A stretch of DNA of 64,000 bases from Camelus dromedarius (taxonomy: Eukaryota). Location: NCBI RefSeq assembly GCF_036321535.1, contig NC_087437.1, positions 102,798,001-102,862,000 on the forward strand. The letters run 5' to 3'. A program made the position numbers and the translations under genes. How positions within the stretch are numbered: the first letter of the stretch is position 1; every line of letters begins with the position of its first letter. Shown here piece by piece: positions 53,793-64,000 of the stretch. The notes under the pieces are model-generated. The model did no database searches, was not told the DNA's origin, and saw only the letters and a list, made by a program, of their open reading frames with translations.

Positions 53793-54609
53793 TTAACTGT
53801 TGAGTGTCTTAAAAGGCAAAAATGCACTGTTTGTTTTTAACTTTACACCAGTAAAGAGATCAAATACAGCTTGCCTACTAAAGAAAACCCTCCTATCTGT
53901 GACTGAAAATAATCACTTAAGATGATCATTTTCAAAAAGCAAAGTCTTCGTAAGTTTATCAGCATTTAAAAACTGTGTTCTTTGTTAAGCAGTGAGGATG
54001 ATCCTAAATAAAATACATATGAAAAAATATATATGAAAAAAGTAAAACATTGGCATGACTTCTCCAAATGTGAAGCATTTGCATTTTCAGGATTTTTGCA
54101 GTGACTCTTAGTCTTATATTTTAACATACTGAAATCTACGCTGCAAAAAAAAGCTCTAAAAGAGAACACGAACATAACAAAATAACCTTAGCGCTTTATT
54201 CGTAGTCCAAAGTCCATTTCACTCTGCTATTCTTTTTTCTTTTTTTTACCTAGCACTGGCAAAACCAGTTCTGTAGTACAGGTGAGTAGATTTAGAATTC
54301 CTGTAAATCAGTGCTGAATCCTCTTGCCCCTCAAGTCAGAAAACTACTTATCTTTACAATCGTAGCACCATGGAAATAATGAAAAGTATAATAATGAAAT
54401 TTAAAAAAAAAAAAGTATAAATTTAACTGTCAGAGGAAAGAATAAATCACCAGTTAATAGAATACACACCTTAACATGTACGAAATACTTTAAAGAAAAT
54501 TAAAAAAAAAAAACCCAGAAACAAACAAAACAAAACAAAAAATCAAATCTCATTTAGTAAAATATGTGTTTAGTAAACTATTATTAACACTTTTCATAGT
54601 ATTTATCAG

Positions 54610-55130
54610 TGGTATTCATTCTGATTCATATATACTTGCATTTTAATAGTTTTATTGAGAATGTCATTTGAAGCACATTGCTAAATTGGGGGGATAAAAT
54701 AATAAAAAAGTAAAAAGCTTCTTATATCAGTGGTTACTGGTCTGAATATAGGCATGAAATATTTATGCAGATAATGATATTTTGGTATCAGCCAGGAAGG
54801 AAGCAAAATTAAAGGATATAATGAGAGGTAATAACAAGGGTCATTTGGTGGGGGAGTGGGGGAGTGTTGGACATCCAGGAAGTGATAATGTCACCTGAGA
54901 CATGAAGGATGCTTGGAGATTCCTGGTAAAGAATAATGGGGGGACACAGTTCTCAATAGAAGGAGCAGTACTGATGAAGGTCCTGAGTTGTGAGATTTTA
55001 GTACCTGCTGGAAATACAATAAAGTCCGGGTGGCTACCGCATGGTGCATGTGGAGGCTATGAGGCTGGCAATGCACACAGGGGTAACACTACACCAGCCC
55101 CTGAAGGACATATTAAGAATTGTCTCATTA
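54610..55130 (-). mobile_element. L2 LINE 3' region
   Basis: tttattgagaatg...cacattgctaa...cacctgagacatgaagga...gaaggtcctgag...gaaggacatattaagaattg. Confidence 0.65.
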
Positions 55131-57732
55131 ATACAAGTACATAACCTTAATCAGCCTTGCGTTCTCTAAGCTTCAGTGTAATAAAAGGAGATCCAGTCCA
55201 TCTGTCTTGAAGAACAATGTTGGTCTTTATTCTGTGTGTTCTGAAAAGACTGGCCTAGGACGTCTGTGGAATGTGCTTGGCCGAAGGCTTCTGAGATGTT
55301 TTTTTCTCCAAAGCTTCCCAATCACAGTGCTCAGTACAAATTGCACTTATTTTCTTTTATTGATGTATTGGTGCAGCCCCCTGTTACTGTTTCTCTTCGT
55401 TTTTTTTCCTTTTTCTCCACCAAGAGCATCCTGCCTCCCACATGCAAGTGGTCACCAGCCATGCTAGTCGTTCTAGGAGTTACTGTAGGTTCAGAACCCT
55501 CTGAGGAGTGTAGTTTTTCTGTCAGTTTGATTGCTTGTTTACTAGGAATTCATACTGACAGTTTCTGGTAATAAATCCCTGCCTTGTGTTCCACAAAACT
55601 GAGAAACGTTAATCACAGATCTCCAGACCTGGCTTTTGGCTTACTGCAACTTTGTGTAGTGGCGGGCTTTTACTATAGTTTCCCATATGTTAACCTAGAC
55701 ATTAAATCAGATAAGAACTTGATCAATGGACAGCTTACTTAACTCTACCATCACCTCTTTTCTAGGGTCAAATCCCACTTCCAAATAATAGGAAATTTTG
55801 GAAATAATAGCCCAACAGTACTTCTGTTCCTTGAGTTCCATTTAATGCAAACATTGACATGAAAACCCCAAATTATATGGGACTGGGCTTTTTCAATCAG
55901 CCAGATGAACCCCAGGCTTAAAAAACTGAAGCTTTATTGCTTCCATTTATACCTGATCTGTGGATCACAAAAGCCCCCTAAAAAATACCCACCAAAGCAA
56001 CAGATACTTTAAACAAAGTCCACGGTCAAAACATAAACTGTAAGCATGATGGCATTGCAGGAACATTTTTATTCTCTTCCTTTTTGAATAGGTGACTCTT
56101 CTTTATGATGTTTCTATTCATGTAAATATCCCTCGCTATTAAATATGATAGCTTGAAAGGTTATTCCTGGAATCCATCTACAGCAGAGTCTCCAGATTCT
56201 CAAATCATCGAGGATGGCTATTACTAGGCAATTCAATGTTCATACTTCAAAATCTGTTGAGTTCTAATTATTGTTCAAGGGCACAAAAGTGCTTGGTTAT
56301 TTAGGTAGGGATGTGTACTAAGACTAATATATTTATTCTTAGCCAGTCACAAAGTGGTTTATGCATAAGAGTTATAGATCAATAAATTTGAGCAAATTAG
56401 ACAAAGGAGTGTTCTATTTCATTTCAAAGATAATTTTAATTCACTAACTCTTAGCTAGATTAATGCTACTAATAAAAATTAAGCATTCCCCAATGCATGG
56501 CATGTGTACCAAATGACCTCATTAAATAGGTATATGGAGAACAGATGCCTCTGTGACCTGTCTCCAGATTTACTGAGCAGGGAGTGTCCTTGTTTTAGTG
56601 TCCCCATGATCAGTAAGTGAATTTCAAATTAGGGACACAAGGACGATGTTTCCTCATGGGATGTTCGCAATGCGGTTTGGCAAAATTCAAAATGTTAAAA
56701 ATGTTCACCTTTTGCTGATAAGTTTATCATCTTCTTTACAAGTCAATGCATGCTTGATTCTATAATCAAATTCCAGTCTCTGAACATGTTTCTTTTCGTG
56801 GGGATACACTTCATTGACAGTGGGATTGGTTTCATTTTTGTAAATATCAGCACGCTTTGAATTGAATCCTGATTTGAACCATTCCGCGTGTAGTACTCAT
56901 GACTTGGAATGCATTGTTTTCCCATAACGTATGTATGTTTTTAAGATGTCTAATGCAAACAATTATTTGTTTGCTGTTACCGTTGTTGTTGCTTCTGCTA
57001 TCTTTATTGGTGGTAGTTTTCTGTCCGTTAAGAAACAATGTAGCTGTTAAGCCATAACCTTTAGCCATGCTAGCAATGATGCTTCTGTGTACAGGAAAAT
57101 TCAATATAGATACCAAGTAACATTGTAAAATTAATTACCTAATGGTTCATTTTAACTTTTTGGCTTTCCCAGTTGTCTGAGTCTTTCACTTAAAAATATG
57201 TAGGAATTAAGCATGATTTTAGAATCAGCTGCGTTTTAAAGATGTTACAAGTATATTCCATTGAAATGATAGATGTATGAAAAGGAAGCTAAAATTTTAT
57301 GGTAAGTGTATAATGTACTCACAGCATTTTGGGGGGACCTTAATGTTTCCATGGACATCCCAAATTACTCTGTTATTGATTGAAAGTACTCATTTGATCC
57401 TAGCACTTTGAGAGAACCACAACATAAGTGTGGCATATGTTACACATACCTTATCTGTTGAGCTTGGTATTTTAATGTTATCTAAATGTTTCCTTGCTAT
57501 TGGAAATCTTTACAAATATGTGCATTGAGTTAAGTAGGTTTATACACATCTCAAATATAAATTATCAAGAAAGGAGTTATCTGCATATACAAGTTATTAG
57601 TAACTTTTTATAAATATTTTTTAAATCCAAAGTTATTTAAACATGAAAATTTACTAGAGAGTATGTATTTTATTAGGCAATATGTGTAAATATAAAACTT
57701 AATTATCAGATGTAATTATCTTTAAAGCTGGT

Positions 57733-57873
57733 GGGAGGAAGGGATAGCTCAGTGGTAGAGCACATGCTTAGCATGCACAAGGTCCTGGGTTCAATTCCTA
57801 GTACCTCCATTAAATATAAATAAACAAACAAACAAATAAATAAACTGAATTACCTCCACTGCCAAAAGAAAAA
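57733..57873 (+). mobile_element. tRNA-Ala-derived SINE, camelid Vic-1-like
   Basis: A box TAGCTCAGTGG (57745-57755), AGC anticodon remnant (57770-57772), B box GGTTCAATTCC (57788-57798), (TAAA/CAAA)n tail then aattacctcc-A-rich end; TTTAAAGCTGG duplicated at 57721-57731 and 57874-57884. Confidence 0.88.
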
Positions 57874-59946
57874 TTTAAAGCTGGCATGAGAGGGATTATA
57901 ATACTTTGATTAAAAATTCATTGCTGAAAAATACTTTTTATAGGAAAAAATGAACTCTTTATAAACATACATCAAAAGGGAACTGTGCACCATATTTACA
58001 TGTAAAATACAAGAACTAAGTAAATGAATATTATGAGAATGAATTTTCCATTATGTTTGTGACACACATAGATGTTGGAATTATGGGGATTATCTTAAGA
58101 ATAAGCATTTTCCAAAAATCTCTCGCTGAATTCTTCTCAGTGTGTCTAGGGAACTTTAGGAAAATCCAAAACCTATTCTTACTCAGAAATTGAAATCTAA
58201 AACATTCTGTATAAACCTTTCATCATAATACCTTTCTGCAGGCCACTTTTCAAACACTGATAACCCTTCTTTGTATAAATCTAATATAATTCCCCAATTA
58301 CATTAATTAGATAAAAATATCAAATTACTTTTGGGCAAGAAAAAAGTAGACTTCTATAAGTTACTTGAAAACAAATTCATGATATAGAAGAGAAATAATT
58401 AAGTGAATGTATCTGTAGAATAATTCTATTTTGATAAACACAATGTCAATATATGTATTTATATTTATTTTGTTTGTATATGTTTGTATGATCATGGGGA
58501 TTTGGACTGTAGCACATCAGCTTGTTACTATTGGTTATAATAGGGTTTTGGGGTAGAGCTGTGGAGCTGTGTCAGAGGACACATTCATTTCTTATCTTCA
58601 AAAAGTGCTATCTTTGTAAAACTCACTTTCTCAAAAAACAAACAAACTCTCTAACTGAGGAACTTGGTGTTCGTGTATATGTTGTCTTCCTCCAGCTTTC
58701 CAGAATACGATAAGCTAATGTTTCCACATATTCAGACCTCCCCATCATCACGGTTAAAAAGAAGATTCCCAACATAAGTGTCTTAAGTAAATGATAGCGA
58801 GATGAAAGTGTATATTTCCATCATCCACATGCTATTATTCTTCACTTTCAAGAGCGATTACAGTGGGATAAGCATTTGTCATCCGGAGTTTACATAGTCA
58901 GTGTGTAAAGACTTCCCCAAGTCATTGTTTTGTTTCCCTTTGTTCAAGTATAAGCTTATCTACAATGACCTTTCCAAGACATCGACAACCATCTGGATTT
59001 TAGGGTCAATATGAATAAGTTGTACAACCTATTTTGATCACATGGCTTTTGTATTGGCAAAATTACTTTCCATAATATGGATTATTAATTGAGGAATGAG
59101 ACATCTGTTAATTATAACGGTACCTATATAAACACCCAGATGAGCACCAATTCACTTGTCATTTTAAGTCCTTCACTTTGAGTAATGGTGAAGGTAGTAT
59201 GCAGTGGACTTTACTGAGATACTTCAAGAAATATAGGAAAACTTTCTTTTTTTTCATTTGGCTTTTAGTTAAATCATGTTTATGGTATGTTCTAAATATG
59301 AGAAAATTATATTTTATTAGCACAACTTAGGGGTTTTTTTTTATCAGGAAAGGCACTAAAAATTATAAATCATCACAGACTTGGTTTGGACCAAGAACTT
59401 AATATTTTGGAGAAAAGCAGGTGGAGAGGGCATGAAAAGGGGGATTTAGAATTTATAAGATAAATTTTACCCCCTTGGGAGGGAAGAATTTTGAATCTTT
59501 GATGGCTTGTTCCGAAATACTTCCTTCTCAAAAATAAGGGAAATGGTTGGTCATAATTAATATGACTTATTTTTATTTCAATTTTTAAAAAAAATTTAAA
59601 ATTGACCCTTTATGAAGGTAAGCAAGATGACCACTTTCTGCCCTTCATGAAAGGGGCTAATCAAAACAGAGTGTTTCACAAAAGCATATAAACATGTTCC
59701 ACTCCACAGGCCTAAGTTATTTGTATGACATAAGATATGCTGGAGAATAGGCACTCAATTATATAGTGAATGAAAAGATCAGGGTTACCAAGCCACAGCT
59801 GATCAATGAGAAACACTCACAAATACATGAGATTGATTGATTTCCACAGCATCAGTTGAAATGACCTCAGCCATAATTGCTCATTTCCTTTCAGTTATTT
59901 CAACTCAAAGTAGAACCTATCCTATAAAATTATATAGGATTAAGCT

Positions 59947-60270
59947 AGAGAAAGATAAATATCATACGGTATCACTTACATGTGAACAGACATAGAAAAC
60001 AAACTATGGTTACCGAAGTGGGAAGGGGAGAGGGATCAATTGGGAGTTTGGGATGAACATATACACACTACTCTGTATAAGATAGATAAACAACAAGGAC
60101 CTACTGTAGAGCACAGGGAACTATATTCAATATCCTGTAATAACCTATAACGGACAAGAATCTGAAAGAGTATCTATATACATATGTGTATAACTGAACT
60201 GCTTTACTGCACACCTGAAACTAACACAACATTGTAAATCAACTATCCTTCAATGTTAAAAATTTAAAAA
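59947..60270 (+). mobile_element. Cetartiodactyl-type L1 3' UTR fragment
   Basis: cagacatagaaaacaaactatggttacc...gataaacaacaaggacctactgtagagcacagggaactatattcaata...cacctgaaactaacacaacattgtaaatcaactat; diverged flanking duplication ttatataggattaagcta / ttataataggcattggcta. Confidence 0.88.
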
Positions 60271-62847
60271 TTTATAAGTATTATAATAGGCATTGGCTAC
60301 CACATTTTTAAGTACCAACATAGATATATATATGAGTTGAACTAGTCCTAAAAATAAAGATTTTGGGAAAGGGAAAAGCAGATTGAATGGATTTAGTTAT
60401 GATTTGAAGTTCAACCTTAGAAAATATTTTGAATACTGAGGACATTTCACCTTGATAAAATGGATATTGATTTGTTACTTTTTTTATTCAGCAATTACAG
60501 TATAGTGCAGAGTACTCCAAGGTGGGAGTGCAAAGATGAATAGGATAAAGTTCACATCATAAAGGTGCATACACTAGAAAAAAACACTACATGACCAAAT
60601 AAAGGTTAAATCATTATTTACTTCCAAAATAATAACTGAAGAGTGTCCTGTAATATTCATGGTTTTGCATTTTTATTTTATGAATGAATGACTTCATTTA
60701 TTGCAGTCTTTTATATCATCTGGGTAACAGATGTTACAAAAGTTCTTCTTAAAGTTGTTAATATTTTACTTCATGAAGTAACTTTTCTTTATGTATTTCT
60801 AAAACATACTCATTTTCACTCCATTCAGCATTACTTTCACCTCTAGTTTAAACATGTAGCTCATAATGAAAGATAAAAATACTACCATATTTCCATGGCC
60901 AAATGCTATCCCCAAATCACGCCACTAAATATATACCTTGTGATATCAAAAGGGATGCACTTTTATCTGATTTTTAAAAAACTGGTTTCATTGGATGACA
61001 TACTCTAAATAAATTGCCTATAGTTAAGATACCATTGTAATAATATTCACTATGGAGAATATTCAGAAACTCATTACAACTCAGGAGAGTTTTTCAAGCT
61101 TTGAGTGATATGTCCCTATGTCCTGATTTCACCTAAAACTAGTTGAATTCACTGATTCATATCTAAAAATAAATTTGGATGATGTAGTACTACTTAATCA
61201 ATACTAATGTGTCTTTTATTGTGCACTGTGTCAGATCGCTTTCTGGGAGCAAAGAGAATGTACATAATATACGAATAAAATATTTATTCAACCTTGGCAA
61301 TTACAGAATGATACTTATCGTTAAGGATCCTTTAGCTATCAACATTATCTCCTTTCTTAACTTAAACATTTAGCCAGAGTAATAATTGCAAACCCCAAAG
61401 AGGTTTTATTATCTTCCCCATAGCAAAGAGGATGTTTCCCTTTTAGCCTAACCATAGTATAATTATTTCTCTTAGCTACAAGTGAGATCTAGTATCTAAC
61501 GATAGTTCTGTACCTGTGTACTCAAACACTTCTCAATATATGAGTCTTTTCAACAGTGTTTTCAGGAATAAAAGACACAAAGTATGGAACTGAGTTAATT
61601 CCACTTTGCTGCTATTGTTGAAAGCTGGGAACCGATGGGTGATAAAATAATCTCTCCAGGAGTAAACAGATGAAGAAGAAAATTAGGATTGAGTTTTATT
61701 TTCCTTCTTTCCAGTCCTTCTCTATGTCTACCTGTAGAATTTTCTGATCTTTAAAGGATCCAATGACACCTTCCCTGGGGATCTTCTCTGATATCCCAAG
61801 ACAGAGTTCACCAGTCTCTTTTTTATGGTGTCCTGTATTTTTCTTATCTTTCTAATATTTCTGTTAAAACACATTGTTCTGCAATTGACTTTTTCACATA
61901 CACTGTGAACTCTGGCAATTGCCTCTGTGTGTGTGTGTTTGTGTGAATTAAGGGACTTAAAGCGGTCTTTTTGGATGCTAAAAATATCACAAAATCACAA
62001 CTGGCAAAATGAACAAAGTTATTTTCATGAACAGTAATTCTCTGATTGAAAATATGGTGACATTAAATTTCATGGAACTTGGGAGAACTTAACAAAAATC
62101 AAATCCTAGACAGTTGAAATACCAAATATCAAACAATGAGAGAGAAAAAGAAAACATGGTTAAGAAGTTTGTGGAAGAAAAGTACTAAAAGTTACTTTAT
62201 ATGTGTTCCTCTAAGTAAAGGTAAAACCAGTGAGCTTGGGAAATGGCTTATTGATTTATGAGATAGTTACTCAAGCTAAAATAGAATTATTTTACCTCTT
62301 TATATGTGTTATATTCTAACTACCCGTCTAATCTTTTAAGTCTCTGTCAATTTCAATATTATTTCCCATATTCGTGGGCTTCAGTTGTCTTTAAAAATAG
62401 CCACCCTAGTGGCAATTCATATCAATAATAACAATGAACAATAAACTGTCCTGTATCAAGAACTATGAGAGTGTAGAAATTATACATTATATACCATATA
62501 TCATATATATAGTACATGGAAAATCCTGGTGAGGATAGAAGATATAAACAAGTATAATGTTAAGTAGCAATGCAAAAAGTCTTTCAGGGACTGTCACAAT
62601 ACTATAAAATTGAATGGATTAATAAATATTACAAACAGTAACTACAGAAGGAGTAGAGATCATCAGTGTTTGGGAGGTGGGGAGAAGGCAGTGGAATTGA
62701 GAATGCTGAAGTGAGAAATTGTCATTATGCAGACAGTAACTAAAGACAGAATACGGAAGTAGGACCATATTTTGGTCAAAAACGCGTGGTAATAAATGTG
62801 GTCTTCATGATGTATATAAAGAAGCCATTAAATACCTTTTAAGTTGT

Positions 62848-63315
62848 TGAATAACTGAGCAGGACCCTGTGGAGCCTTCCCGGGACAGACCCCTCCCCCA
62901 TATTCTCTGCTGTAGCTCCTTTCTGATAATCATATCTCATGAATATTTCCTGAGTTTTTCAGATGCTAAAAACCGCCACCAAAGGGAAGAAATTAACTAC
63001 TTGATGATTATGAGCACATAGCCCCAGACCTGGTGCCTAACGACTGATAATGTTAAACACCCTGTTATCTCAACATCAACCAATCAGAGAATTGTGCACG
63101 AGCTGATCATGAACCCTGGGACGCCCCTCCCACACCTTCCCTTTAAAATGCTTTAGCTGAAACCCTTCGAAGAGTTCGGGGTTTTCTTGGGCATGAGCCC
63201 CTGCCCCTTATCCTTCCTTGGCCCTGCAGTAAACCATTCTCTGCTCCAAACTCCAAAGTTTCAGTATTTTTCGGCTTCACTGTGCATTGGGCACAGAAAC
63301 TTGAGTTTGATAACA
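62848..63315 (+). mobile_element. ERV1 solo LTR, cetartiodactyl MER41-like
   Basis: taactgagcaggaccctgtggagccttcccgggacagacccctccccc start; CCAAT 63080-63084; TATA-like TTTAAAA 63142-63148; AGTAAA 63228-63233; ...taaca terminus. Confidence 0.8.
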
Positions 63316-63444
63316 AACGTTCTTTATTACTAATTTAGGTTACGTGCAATGTATTTGTATCATATTTACTTTAATATGTCGACTTTTATTTCATTTTAAT
63401 GAATACAAAATATTTATAAAGGTGCTTTCTACATTGACTTATAA

Positions 63445-63868
63445 CATTTTATTGTGGTAAATATATATAATATATAATTTACCATTTTAACCATTTTTAT
63501 GTGTACTGTTCAGGGACCTTGTTCATATTGTTGTGCAGTCATTACCACCATTTATCTCCAAACCTTTTTCATCTTCCCAAACTGAAATTCTGTACACATC
63601 AAGCTGTAATTCCCAATTTCCTCCTGCCCCTCACCCCTGGCAACCATAGTTCTGCTTTTTGTCTCTATGAATTTGATTGTTGTATATACCTCATATAAGT
63701 GGAATCATACAATATTTGATTTTTGTGGCTGGCTTATTTCACTCAGTTTAACGTCTTCAAGGCTCATTTATGTTGTAGCAGGTGTCAGAATTGCTTTCAT
63801 TTTTTTAAGACTGAGTAATATTTCATTGTATGTATATGCATATTTTGTTTATCCATTCATCTGTTGAT
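63445..63868 (-). mobile_element. L1MB-like 3' end
   Basis: ttttattgtggtaaa...tttaccattttaaccatttt...cccctggcaacca...cctcatataagtggaatcatacaatatttg...ttatccattcatctgttgat. Confidence 0.88.
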
Positions 63869-64000
63869 CACCCTATTTTTAATTTTTATTCACTAAGCCT
63901 TCCCTTTTGAATTCTATAAGATTTCCATTTTTACCACCATAAACACTCTGTGAAGATTTTCAAGTGATTAAATTTTATAGCTGTTGGTATACTATTACAA

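Larger units (their letters stand above)
5238..64000 (+). other. NCAM2: NCAM2 intron 1 (continues beyond the window)
   Basis: Starts GT at 5238. No Ig-domain exon (…LLQVTISLSK…) is seen downstream; the sequence is AT-rich and repeat-laden. NCAM2 is known to have a very long first intron. Confidence 0.88.

Noticed and set aside
48920..56097. Other AG|GT juxtapositions (TAG|GTAACA at 48947/48948, TAG|GTGACT at 56091/56092)
   Set aside because: The regenerated donors are weak compared with 31695/31696, and such motifs are expected by chance in an AT-rich intron.
57738..57810. Functional tRNA-Ala(AGC) gene
   Set aside because: The anticodon stem has mismatches, there is no oligo-T terminator, and an A-rich tail plus flanking duplication indicate a SINE.
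63501..63867. Short ORFs at the window end (also 49264-49449)
   Set aside because: They lie within L1 remnants and are read antisense to the element.
1..64000. CRISPR array, operon or other prokaryotic or viral gene system
   Set aside because: No regularly spaced repeat-spacer array, no dense coding region, and no gag/pol/env or other long ORFs; the sequence is a typical mammalian promoter and intron.

Overview
Mammalian genomic DNA, AT-rich apart from one CpG island. It holds the promoter, 5' UTR and coding exon 1 (5183-5237, + strand) of NCAM2 (OCAM), recognised from the signal peptide MSLLLSFYLLGLLVSSGQ followed by a phase-1 GT donor. The remaining ~59 kb is intron 1; no exon 2 is visible. 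The intron carries mostly ancient repeats (MIR, L2, MLT1, LTR16-like, MER31/MER67-like, MER20, MER91-like, L1M). Lineage-specific elements (cetartiodactyl-type L1 3' ends, a MER41-like solo LTR, a tRNA-Ala-derived Vic-1-like SINE) point to a camelid genome. I found no evidence of a new multi-gene system, and the other listed ORFs look spurious. The best leads are in RNA processing of this long neuronal intron: a candidate recursive splice site at 31695/31696, two candidate microexons (20 nt and 28 nt) that shift frame singly but restore it together, and apparent loss of poly(A) signals in sense-oriented retroelements. Repeat family names come from recalled consensus sequences, not from a search, and repeat boundaries are approximate.
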